DNA of 64,000 nt, from the NCBI GenBank assembly GCA_040437565.1, contig JBDOQK010000043.1, positions 124,001-188,000 of the forward strand. The letters run 5' to 3'. Each line of letters begins with the position of its first letter. Positions within the stretch are counted from its first letter, which is position 1. Under the pieces are notes generated by a model. That model did not search any database. It was not told where the DNA came from and saw only the letters and a list, made by a program, of their open reading frames with translations. Positions 35,951 through 47,258 of this stretch are shown here, piece after piece. The position numbers were made by a program, and so were the translations under genes. Source of the stretch: Albugo candida. Its lineage: Eukaryota.

Positions 35951-38461
35951 ATATGCGGTGAATGATGGCATCAACTTGCAATCTTTCCGCATATTCTCCG
36001 AAAGGCTTTCTTTGATCAAAGTGCAATAGCAGATGACCGACCCAACATTGACGGATGAAGCCGTTCCGTAAACGAGGTTGGCGCTTGGCTAGAAATCTCA
36101 TGTTGGAATCTCTTCGGGTGTCGCTCGCAATCCTATATCTGCTTATCGATTTCTCATCGCACCTAATCGTAATTATTCGAGCAAGAAGAAATCTGTAGTG
36201 AGCTTATCGTTCGCAAAGCCGAATCAACGAGCACTGCATAAATTCTGCTTTGGAGAAACGATTTTATTGCAAACGGTACAAAGTACATTGAGTTGCTTGT
36301 AGAGAGATTGTTTATCATCCCGATCTGATGCTTGAGATGAAAGCAACGCATATCATTCTTTTTCGATTTTGTGTTCGTTTCTAGAAAGCTATATCTCAAT
36401 GGAGCCAATTATCGTAGCAAATCTTTGTGCTCTAGCGCAATGGAAAAACGTCAACTGATCTAAATAGATCAACAAGATTGACGGAAAATTAAACTTCGGT
36501 GTGTCCTGTTTCAGCTGCGACACGACACAATAACATCGAGTACGCAACCGGGTACATTTGAAATCGATCGATGTGCTTTCAACGTATTAACTCAATCTCT
36601 ACGAAACGCGACAGAAGCGCCTCGTAGAAATGCTTACTGCGACTTTCTCAAGAGACCGAACGAGTTGATTGTCAAGCAAAATTTCTGAGGTGGACACTTG
36701 CATTTTTATCCCTCCTGTCTCTTATCTGTCGATTTAATAGAAAGTTTTTGATCCTTTTCGGTGTTTGTATCATGTCCTTCGTTACCGCAAACGCTTCGCA
36801 GTTAGTTGACGTCATCCTTCCGACCATGTTGCTTATTGGCAGCATCATATCGGCTTGACATCAAACGGGAAGCAAGCCACTGAATATGAAAGTTCATCCT
36901 CTTGCCAGCTATTATATCTTACTCCATGTGTATTGAGCGAGCCCTCTTCAAAAAAATCTGTAGACTGCCGAATAAAATAAGCCTACACTTTTGAAATTGG
37001 AACACATGTTTTTGGTTTCCTATGCACTGAAGTAGCAGAGGAACATCGCCCAAAGAATCCCAAAACAGATTTTCAAGTACCTACGATCATACGCGATTAC
37101 GGACAATCGTATTATGAGTTGGCAAATGAGCCGCTCTATTCCGATGAGCCAAGTAGCATCCTTGCAGGGATAACAGCAGCGACACTCCGAGCTCGGGCCT
37201 GAACGTTACCCCATGGAACCCAGAATCTGGGCCTAAACTCTATCAGTAGGTAAGGGGATCAGGCTTCCAAGTAATGATGGCGTGCACAAGCCTTTATGGA
37301 TCATTAGAGTATTTGCATCATCTTGATGCTGGCCTTATATTGTTTTGTATTGTAGTATTTCAATGAAGCGTTTATAGCTAGAGCTTGTACTTCATAAAAC
37401 AGATGATTCCGGACCAAAAAAGTGTGAACAAATGCATTTGTGATTATGAATTGCATTACTTATAGCTGTAGATACTCATGTTCGTGCCTATATCATTAGC
37501 GATCATTTCTATTTCCTCAGTGCGATCTCTTGATTCCTTCGACGTGCAGTAGCGCAGTTCCAGAAATATTGCACCAATATTTTACGTCCATCCATGGTTA
37601 TGGGTACAGTGACTACAGTCTAAGACTCGAGTCTGAAGTTGGACTGTGATAATGATATCTCTTAGAAGTGGAATATTCTCTACTTCTGCTAGATCGAGAT
37701 GCATCGTAGTTTTGAGTAACTACGAAGACGACATGTACGTGACAATGTTTCTATAGAGATCGATATTCGCACTTGTCAGGTCAAATATTTTAGGCATATC
37801 AAGTAGAAAGTGAAAAGATTGATTCGTGAAAAAGTCTCAGTTTTCGTCTTGATCTCAGCGACTATGTCTACTCGACTGCCGAAGTAAAGCAGTTCCTGAC
37901 TGGACGAACACAACTATATAATTGCCTATATTGTGCGCATGTTAGCGGGTCCACGACCCAGATAATGCATAGCTTTTAGCACTACAAATTATTGAGGATC
38001 ATGTTCCGAATCCGATGCGAAATACACTTCATGAACAAGACTGCATGTGAGTGAAACGAGACTCTTAGGGATAAAGCCTCAGAACAGCGAAGCGTGAAGT
38101 AAGGACCTTTGACATATTGTATTACTTGCAAGTTCAATGGCGAGATAAACAACTTTACGCTTCATTCTTTATTTTGCCTGTCAAAAATAATCGATCTGGT
38201 CTGATTGCGTAACAAGAAACTATAGAAACTATTTTTTTGTGACCAATTGTATTTTCGTCTAAAGTACGACTTGCAAGTGATGCTCTACTCCGCCACGAGC
38301 AGCTGATTGGATGACTTCGAATGTATGAATGTATGTTTCTTTCATCACATCGTAGTCCTACATTTGAGTTGAAATATTCTCATCCATCCGTTCAAATCTC
38401 GTCCATTGTTGAAATAATGTTCATATTTGGATTGGGCTTGTATAGTGCAGACAAAATAAGC

Positions 38462-39178
38462 ATGCTGGGATTGAACAAAACATCATGGGTTTACGCACTA
38501 AAATTCTTTATCGTTTGTTTTACGTTTGGCTCACGCTTCCAAGAGTGTGATGGACAACATTTTAACGGAATAGTATTCAGAACGATCAGTGGTGTCTATC
38601 ATGAGTGCTACGATGCTATCATAAATATGGGGGCGACTAGGCTTCTCATACTGAGTGTTGACCAGCCTAGTCATCAAGTCGGCATACTTCTGGCAACAAA
38701 AGAAGCGATCACAAAAGATAATATAGATTCTGCATTTTCAGGGACCAGTTGCGAACTAGAAAGTATGCATCCCGGGTATGGCGCAGATTTATTGAATCTC
38801 GAGAAAACTACATTTGCGATCGCGGAGTATGGGGAAGATGGCTGTGCCGAGTGTCTTTTCAACTACTGCGTGATGTATTGGATGTTTCCCCGCTTGAAAG
38901 AACTATCTATTGACTTGGAAACATCTCCTAAAGAGTGCTCCATGGTCTGTATCAAGTTTTGCGCAAACCGACCTATACGCATTTGTACATCGGAGTCGTT
39001 TCCCGTCAGGCCACTCACTTTTTCTAACTATTTATCCTTATCAGATCCGGAATACAAATCTTTAGAACAAGTCGCACAGGAGTACAAGGTTTTCAAAGCG
39101 AAATGTAAAGATTGGAAAGATGCTGTACGTTGGACTGATCTTGTAGAAATGCTGAGTTCAAGAACATATCCGCAATAG
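38462..39178 (+). CDS. Secreted Cys-rich candidate effector (member 5), 238 aa
   Basis: The ATG at 38462 aligns with paralog starts (MLGLNKTSWVYALKFFIVCFTFG); VYHECYDAIINMGATRL, GCAECLFNYC, CIKFC, PLTFSNY. Confidence 0.85.
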   Translation: MLGLNKTSWVYALKFFIVCFTFGSRFQECDGQHFNGIVFRTISGVYHECYDAIINMGATRLLILSVDQPSHQVGILLATKEAITKDNIDSAFSGTSCELESMHPGYGADLLNLEKTTFAIAEYGEDGCAECLFNYCVMYWMFPRLKELSIDLETSPKECSMVCIKFCANRPIRICTSESFPVRPLTFSNYLSLSDPEYKSLEQVAQEYKVFKAKCKDWKDAVRWTDLVEMLSSRTYPQ

Positions 39179-39802
39179 GCCAAACGCATGCTTGCATCAA
39201 TAAAGAAGTAAAATGTTAGACTTAATGTACTAACTTCACCAATCACGGCGTTTTATTGATATAGAAACATTCTGCTCGAATCAATTTTTCTTTGACCCCA
39301 AAATCGTAGGAATCCGATGAAGCTGATCGAGTTCATTAGAGCCTGGAAAAAGCATTCAAAAACGCAGACTGGAACACTTCTTAGACCTAGGCAATTCCGC
39401 TTCGATGCCCTCTCTACATCCTTTTGATCCGCTCTGCGAAACGCCCTTCGGTCCTTGCGGGCTCCTTTAGTATTTCCTTGGAAAACAAGGGAAAGCGCAC
39501 ATCAATCTTGCACTCATACTTGATGATCACCGCGGTCACTTGTACCTGAGAGTTCATCGAATAAATATCAAACTAGCGAATGCAAACTGTTGCTTTTACA
39601 GAGGAAATGAGTTGAGGAACGTATCGAATTGACTTAAACGACAGACCTTTTTGCCATATAAATCGAGCGAAAAATGGAAGTGAACCAGCTTCCCAGTACA
39701 TCAACTCATAGAAAATGATGAATCGATTCTTAGTGTTCATCTTCCAACTCTTCTGGAAAGTCTTTTCTTGCGATGTTATGGCAACAGATGCTGACAACTT
39801 CA

Positions 39803-40472
39803 GTTGGAGGTGTATATATTACTAGAATTAGACTAACTGACTTCTCTAGTTGCCTAGGCTATCTTGAATAACATATATACNNNNNNNNNNNNNNNNNNNN
39901 NNNNNNNNNNNNNNNNNNNNNNNNNNNNNNNNNNNNNNNNNNNNNNNNNNNNNNNNNNNNNNNNNNNNNNNNNNNNNNNNCAGTATAGCCTCGATATCCG
40001 AGGCTTTCGGCTTTGCGAGCTCCACGCGAAATTTCGCTCTAGCTCTAGCCTGGTCCTTACGCAAGGACTCCTGTGACTTGATAAGGTCAGCAAGAGTGGG
40101 ACTTTTAGTGTCGTCCACACTTGCAGTTGCCTTCTGGTCACCCTGTGACGAGGCAACGACAGTGCCGCATGTACCACCGGTACCACATCCTATACCGGTA
40201 GTACAGGTATTAACCTGTACCGTCACACTGGGGGTGGGGGTACTTTCCACGTCATCACACAGGGGTGATGACTCATCAACAATCATGCAATCACCCAAAG
40301 CTGGGTGACTCATGAGGGTTGCCACGTCACTACAAGTGGACGCTAGCACCCTTGGTTGTGTCGATATGTCGACTTGAACCATTGTTTTCGAGAGGAAAGA
40401 GTTGAAAAAAGGAGGTTTTCGAGTTGTTTTTACTAAATTGGCGGGTTACGTAGTAGCCGGCAAATTGAGAAG
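39803..40472 (-). mobile_element. Full-length-ended non-LTR retrotransposon (LINE), interior collapsed into an N gap
   Basis: 14-bp TSD tgctgacaacttca at 39789-39802 and 40473-40486; an ORF1-like start at 40382; the 3' UTR matches the L1/Tx1-type copy at 43768. Confidence 0.8.
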
Positions 40473-41128
40473 TGCTGACAACTTCATTCGGTATATGCTG
40501 TAGCTTTTTCTCAATCTGGGGATACTTTTCGGGGTTACTGTAGCAATTTTGAAAGAGATGCAGCATGAACATTAAGAGAATACACGTGGAATCAGAGTAG
40601 GCGACTCAATTGATTTTGTAAACATAAAGATCTACGGTTAAACTGTCTATAAGGTACCACTCAATGCAATGACGCCGTGTATATATCCAGCGGGATATCA
40701 AGAAGCGATGGGGCAGGCAATATCGCTTTTGCGTCTTACTGATTCTGAGTTCAACATCGAATGGCTGACACCACTTTACACTAAAGTTGCACTCATTGAA
40801 TTCGATAGGAACAAAACTTTTAAAAATTATAAGACCCGGTTTCCACACGAACGACAATGAACCCGTCTTGGCTAGCAGCGTTAATGAAATAGTCGTTGCG
40901 TTGTGCGGAATTGCAATGGATACAATAGGAAGATTGTATCTGTCTTCTCTGATTAGAGGTCGTACGAAACCGAATAAAGGCTTGGTTCTGGGATACTGCT
41001 TGCAGCGCATTGGTACGAAGGTATAAAATAATAGTGGCGACATCAGGTACTTTTTTATCTTTTGTAATTTGAGGCAGCGTTCACTAAGACCGAATACTAC
41101 CGCTACACTCTGATGCTTGCAGCATAGC

Positions 41129-43189
41129 CTTTAGCAAGGCGCAAAGCAGCATGGATTGAGGCACATAATCACCATACTGATTTGGCACCTGATATCGGCA
41201 GTTGATGCTCTGGCACTAATGTTAATGAGCAAGTACTATCTCGATCTTATATGATGTACGGTCACTAAAAACGATGAAATGTGCCAAGCTTTCGAGAACA
41301 AAACGTACTCACGTACTTCTTGTGCAGCCATGATCAGGTCTCTTCTGCTGGAAGCAGGACTATAGTGAACAGAATCTGTCATTTCTTCCGTTCTGACCTT
41401 CCTCCATTGAATCGAGACATCAGCAAGTGTAGCACTAGATTTTTTTCGGTGCCGCATGCTGTTTGCAGCGAAAGCAACGAAAAAAAATTAATTTCCCATG
41501 CACAAGAGCATGCTTGGTGTTTGGGCGTTTTGCGTTGCACAATTGTCTACTAACTAAGTGGATGGCACCAGTTACGATTCGGGACGAAATGCCAAGATGA
41601 AGCACAGTCAATCAGATGCAGTTCTCGTTTTATTTTCACTTGAGACACGTCTATATGAGCCAGCAGGTGAACTATGTATTATATTTTCGTAATTACATTT
41701 CGAATGCGTCTTGTTCGGCAAACCTCAAATAGGTCATACTATGAAAATTTCTTTCACAAGAGTGGGTGACGGGTGTGGACCGAGAATCTGTTGCGCACGG
41801 CTGAGAGAACACCTCTCAAAATCAAACAGGAACGTCTCGGAACGTTTCGAATACAACACGATGGTTTGTGACTATAGTGAACGTACGCCATCAACTAGAA
41901 AGAAGGGCGAAAAGCGATCGCGAAATGTCAACACACAGGATGACGAGTCAATCAATCCGTCTAGCGATAGTGCTTTTCTGTACAACGTAAATGAGTGTAA
42001 GCAATGATATGAAGGTTACTAAGATAATCAAATCTTTCGGCGAAAATAACGAGAGTATACGGTGAATGATGGCATTAATGAAAAAAGGTCCCTTGATTGT
42101 CAAGGATTCNNNNNNNNNNNNNNNNNNNNNNNNNNNNNNNNNNNNNNNNNNNNNNNNNNNNNNNNNNNNNNNNNNNNNNNNNNNNNNNNNNNNNNNNNNN
42201 NNNNNNNNNCTTTAGCAAGGCGCAAAGCAGCATGGATTGAGGCACATAATCACCATACTGATTTGGCACCTGATATCGGCAGTTGATGCTCTGGCACTAA
42301 TGTTAATGAGCAAGTACTATCTCGATCTTATATGATGTACGGTCACTAAAAACGATGAAATGTGCCAAGCTTTCGAGAACAAAACGTACTCACGTACTTC
42401 TTGTGCAGCCATGATCAGGTCTCTTCTGCTGGAAGCAGGACTATAGTGAACAGAATCTGTCATTTCTTCCGTTCTGACCTTCCTCCATTGAATCGAGACA
42501 TCAGCAAGTGTAGCACTAGATTTTTTTCGGTGCCGCATGCTGTTTGCAGCGAAAGCAACGAAAAAAAATTAATTTCCCATGCACAAGAGCATGCTTGGTG
42601 TTTGGGCGTTTTGCGTTGCACAATTGTCTACTAACTAAGTGGATGGCACCAGTTACGATTCGGGACGAAATGCCAAGATGAAGCACAGTCAATCAGATGC
42701 AGTTCTCGTTTTATTTTCACTTGAGACACGTCTATATGAGCCAGCAGGTGAACTATGTATTATATTTTCGTAATTACATTTCGAATGCGTCTTGTTCGGC
42801 AAACCTCAAATAGGTCATACTATGAAAATTTCTTTCACAAGAGTGGGTGACGGGTGTGGACCGAGAATCTGTTGCGCACGGCTGAGAGAACACCTCTCAA
42901 AATCAAACAGGAACGTCTCGGAACGTTTCGAATACAACACGATGGTTTGTGACTATAGTGAACGTACGCCATCAACTAGAAAGAAGGGCGAAAAGCGATC
43001 GCGAAATGTCAACACACAGGATGACGAGTCAATCAATCCGTCTAGCGATAGTGCTTTTCTGTACAACGTAAATGAGTGTAAGCAATGATATGAAGGTTAC
43101 TAAGATAATCAAATCTTTCGGCGAAAATAACGAGAGTATACGGTGAATGATGGCATTAATGAAAAAAGGTCCCTTGATTGTCAAGGATT
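41129..43189. repeat. ~980-bp apparently identical direct duplication around an N gap (assembly overlap)
   Basis: 41129-42109 is repeated at 42210-43189, with identical ORFs in both copies. Confidence 0.9.
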
Positions 43190-43418
43190 CCATTACACTG
43201 TTTATATGGTTCTTTAACTACCTTCCTTATCCTATCATGAGCCCCTGACTGTGTGAATATCACTTAAGTCTGACTTCAAACCTAGGGAGGCAAATTTTTT
43301 TCAAGCTTATTACTTGGGTGGGCTCAAACCGCTGCCCACACTGCCGGGGATCGAACTAACGACCTCAGGCAGGGGGTCCGTGCGCTCACGTGGTTAGCCG
43401 ACTGAGCTGGGTACGGGT

Positions 43419-43733
43419 CCCGTCGGGGGGCTTAGCGGTTAGTACACATGTGTTCCGACCATGTGTGCCCCGGTTCGAATCCCGGCGGTGGCAAAAGGGC
43501 TGCGATGGGGCCCCTCGGCGGAGGCAAAGATTCCTCCACGTAAATATCAATCTACTCAATGAAGATATGGACGTGTCAAGACCGCTAGCAACTACACCAG
43601 AAAATAATTGTTCAGGAGTTGGACCGGGCTCTTCAGAGCGTTACATACTAGTGATTAGAATAGAGTAGATAACCATCAAACTGTGGTAACAGAACGGTGT
43701 CTAAATAAAAGTACTACGGGCGAACACCCTTAA
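43419..43733 (+). mobile_element. tRNA-derived SINE 'B' (~315 bp)
   Basis: A-box ggcttagcggttag, B-box ggttcgaatcc (43472-43482) and cloverleaf-like stems; flanked by the 17-bp duplication actgag(c/a)tgggtacggg. Confidence 0.75.
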
Positions 43734-43767
43734 CTGAGATGGGTACGGGAACCCGTCGGGGGCTTAG

Positions 43768-44223
43768 TTGAAGTTGTCTATATTACGAGAATTAGACGTA
43801 AATGACTTCTCTAATGCCTAGACTACAATAAATCAACAATATACATGCAGGATTGATAGATACTAGTCTACACCGAGTTTAATCGGACTGGAAAGAAGTA
43901 GGTGTTAGAAGAAACGCTACTCATGAGCGACTTACAATCTTTAACGTCGCCGAACTTGAAGAAGACTGGGCCGTGCAGAGAATTATCTCCGTGCTGATCC
44001 AGTATGTTGATATGACTCTAATTCTTTTTCTAAGTGCTCCAGCTGTTCCGTAGCATAGCACTGCCGTTGATAAAAATCGTATATGAGCACTTAGTGTGCT
44101 ATAAATCACCGAAACAGCTGGGGCAGTTGGCGTCGAAGTGCCGTGGGCGAAAAGTCTGCGATTCCGATCCGTCCAAATAAAATGAATCGCGACCGCGACT
44201 AATGTAAACCAAAGATCCTCCAG
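43768..44223 (-). mobile_element. L1/Tx1-type LINE: ORF2 C-terminus and 3' UTR
   Basis: Minus strand reads LEDLWFTLVAVAIHFIWTDRNRRLF; the IWxxRNxxxF motif follows the zinc finger in L1/Tx1 ORF2. The 3' UTR ends ...agacaacttcaac. Confidence 0.8.
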
Positions 44224-44323
44224 NNNNNNNNNNNNNNNNNNNNNNNNNNNNNNNNNNNNNNNNNNNNNNNNNNNNNNNNNNNNNNNNNNNNNNNNNNNNN
44301 NNNNNNNNNNNNNNNNNNNNNNN

Positions 44324-44483
44324 TGAGTTGAGTGGCTAGTCTACTCAACCGTCTTCAACCGCGCCAAGTTCACTATTTGTGATTTTTCAGGACACATCTG
44401 CATGTATTATATGTTATTTATTGTAGTCTAGGCATTTAGAGAAGTCATTTACGTCCAATTCTAGTAATATAGACAACTTCAAC
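44324..44483 (+). mobile_element. 3' UTR of a second LINE copy in the opposite orientation
   Basis: 44400-44483 is a near reverse complement of 43767-43850. Confidence 0.8.
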
Positions 44484-46553
44484 TGAGCTGGGGAGGGACC
44501 CGAAAAAAGGTCCGTTGAGCACTTGATGGCAAAATAGATAATATTTATTAAGGTCCTTAGTTCGCCAACTCTGTTTCTACTGCTACTACAAGCCTTCTGC
44601 TACTACTAATCAGCGAATGCCACGTCGATGCCCGTCTTGAAACCGCTTTTAAGCTGGCACTTTCAAGCAGTCATCACTTGATGACTGCTTTCACCAGTAC
44701 CTACCGGTAAGTTCCTGCTGGCCGAGGCGCTGCTTCGACAACAGGCATCACCTTCTAGTATATTCGCTCATTTTGAAAGATCTCCCTCTAGTCAAGAGTA
44801 CAATATCATCTGGTTAATCCAATCTGAGTGATGAAATCGTATCGTAAGCGAGAGAAACACTCGTCTGATCTCTTCCGTCTCGCTAATGATTTTGAGCAAA
44901 GGATCATTCAGAAATCTGTCGTGCAACTTTCAGTCACAAACTCCAATGATTGACAAAGATCCTAATCGCGAGCAAGCTGATCTCGTCGATGTCAGAGGCA
45001 ATGCTTTGTTTCAAGTGGGCAAAGCCAATACAGCACAATTCCTTTTACTCTTCTTTGCAATTATGAGTCTGACAAAATCGATACGCCGTATTTGAAGGTT
45101 CTTTCTAATAGATTGTTTACCATTGTTACGTGAAACTAACCGCTATCTTTATCCTTATTTCTTGTGTCTATTTGATGGAAGGCTGTATTTCAATGGAGCC
45201 CTTTATCGTATCAAAAGCTGTTTATTCCAGTACAATGAAGAGTAGCTGATTGATGTAGAAGTGTAGCGAGGCCACCGCAAAACAACCTTTTATGTGTTCT
45301 GTTCCAGCTGTGTCAAACAAGGCTACATCGAGTCACGACAGAAGCTTAATATCTCAGAATACGCAACCGGGATATTCGACATTAACATCGATCGGTAATG
45401 TACTCATCATGTTGCTATCGACATTACATCAACGCGTTCGCTCAACTTCTATGAGAAGTGCATCTATCCATCGTCGTAGATTGTGATGGGTTGGTTGGTA
45501 CGTACATTATAATCAGACTGGGTGCTCTCATTTTGGTCAAGCTTGCCTCTCAGCTTCCGGGTTGAAATTAATATTGTATCGCTCCGTGTATTATGCTCAA
45601 GCATCATTGCAGACAAACTACATTTATTTCGTCTTATCCATCCAACTGGAAGTTCTATTATCGTAGTTTTTCGACAAACGACGCGCCACACGTTGACTAT
45701 GAAATGTTGTCCCCTTGCCAACTCGCAACTTGGTGATCCATGCGCAATGTGTTGGCTCTACTCAAGCAAACAGGACCCAGCCGATCTCTATTGCACACTT
45801 TGCGTTGCAATGCACCGAAAATTCAATGGTTCTGATGTTTGATAGATCGTACTATAAAAGGAGCCTTGCAATCTCGCTCAATGAATATCAAATCCGATTT
45901 TCAAGTATATGCGCAGTGGTAGCAACAGCGACGCTACGAGCTCGGGCCTGGTGAGAAGAAGCTTGAGGGCACACCCAGAGTTGGGTCTCAATCGCTGTTC
46001 TCAGGTAAGGGGTTCCAACTTTCAAGTACGTGATAAGGACGTATACAAGCCCCTCTGGCTTATCAAAGCACTTCCTATTATCTTCACGCTGGTCGTTATA
46101 GTATTCGTATCATAGTCCTCAATATAACTCATCTAGCTAGAGCTTATGCATCGTGACAAAATAAGTGGCGGATCCACGGCCCATGCGCTGGCTAGTTTAG
46201 CAATACAAATAACGTATTGCTTCTATCCACTGTCTGCCATGAATGCTGCTTTTCTGATTACGCAGCATAATAGAATATAGAAAGTATATTTTCATTATTT
46301 TTGTCCATAAGTACGACATAGTTCTTATAAGTGATGCGTTTTGATTTGCTGCGAGCAGCTGATTGGAGCTTTATATGCTGCATTTTCCTCTCATTTATTT
46401 TACCAACCGAAAACATCATCATGGAAGCATTCATTGTCACATCGTCATCCTTTCTACTAGATAGAAAAATTCTCATCCATCTGATTTAATTTCATATTGT
46501 GCAAATAAAGGCTCATATTTGATTTCGACTTGTAGAGTGCAGCCAAAACAAAC

Positions 46554-47258
46554 ATGAGAGGACTGAGTCGACGATCGTGGATCTACGCGACGACATATCT
46601 AATTGTATGGCTTTCGTTTGGGTCAAGCGCTCCAAATAAAATAAAATATTATGGTTACGCAATGGCAGTGAAGGTGACTGGTACTCCCTATTATGAGTGC
46701 TACGAGGCTATCATCAAAGCAGGTGCAACAAGGATTGCCATACTGTTCATTGACATCGACAATAAAGTGCTCCATATGCTTTTCGGAGCAACAAAAAAGA
46801 TTAGAAAAGATCGCATATGGTCTTTGTTTTTGAGTACTCAATGTCACCCACTTACAATATATGATCGAAGGGCTATAGAGAATTGGATTCCCATCGACAA
46901 AACGTCATTGGACATCATAGTCTCTGGAAACGACGAATGTGATGAGTGCCTTTTCAAATACTGTGTAATTTATAGGTTTTTACCCTCAAAGAAAGAACTA
47001 TATGTTGATCCAACTCCATCTTTCAAAGGATGTCTTCCGGTCTGCAACGAGTATTGCGTAAAGCTTGGCACTTGCTATTTAACGAACATACTTCAAGAAA
47101 AGCCCATCACATTTTCGAACTATAAAAATCAATTTGAGGGATCCAAATCTTATCCTCAATGTGAAGGAAACAAAAGACAAAAATTATCTCATGACGAAAT
47201 AGAAATGAGCGATTATAACCAAACTGACTCAACCTCAGATTTGATCAACCCCGGCTGA
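46554..47258 (+). CDS. Secreted Cys-rich candidate effector (member 6), 234 aa
   Basis: TYLIVWLSFG signal; PYYECYEAIIKAGATRI, ECDECLFKYC, CNEYC, PITFSNY. Confidence 0.87.
   Translation: MRGLSRRSWIYATTYLIVWLSFGSSAPNKIKYYGYAMAVKVTGTPYYECYEAIIKAGATRIAILFIDIDNKVLHMLFGATKKIRKDRIWSLFLSTQCHPLTIYDRRAIENWIPIDKTSLDIIVSGNDECDECLFKYCVIYRFLPSKKELYVDPTPSFKGCLPVCNEYCVKLGTCYLTNILQEKPITFSNYKNQFEGSKSYPQCEGNKRQKLSHDEIEMSDYNQTDSTSDLINPG

Larger units (their letters stand above)
43178..44501 (-). mobile_element. tRNA-derived SINE 'A' (~260 bp), split at its A-box by nested insertions
   Basis: Minus-strand head cccgtacccAGCTCAGTCGG...GTTCGATCCC; 17-bp TSD gaaaaaaggtcc(c/g)ttga at 43161-43177 and 44502-44518; its 5' end reappears at 44482-44501. 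Confidence 0.7.

Noticed and set aside
43334-43492. Two functional tRNA genes
   Set aside because: The D and anticodon arms are non-canonical, there is no oligo-T terminator right after the heads, and both are flanked by TSDs, so they fit SINE heads better.
43401-43767. CRISPR-like 35-bp direct repeats
   Set aside because: There are only two copies, ~300 bp apart, in a eukaryotic context, and they are explained by a TSD plus a second SINE head.
43767-44483. DNA transposon with ~85-bp terminal inverted repeats
   Set aside because: The inverted repeat is the 3' UTR of two oppositely oriented LINE copies; the same end occurs singly at 39803 with a LINE-type TSD.
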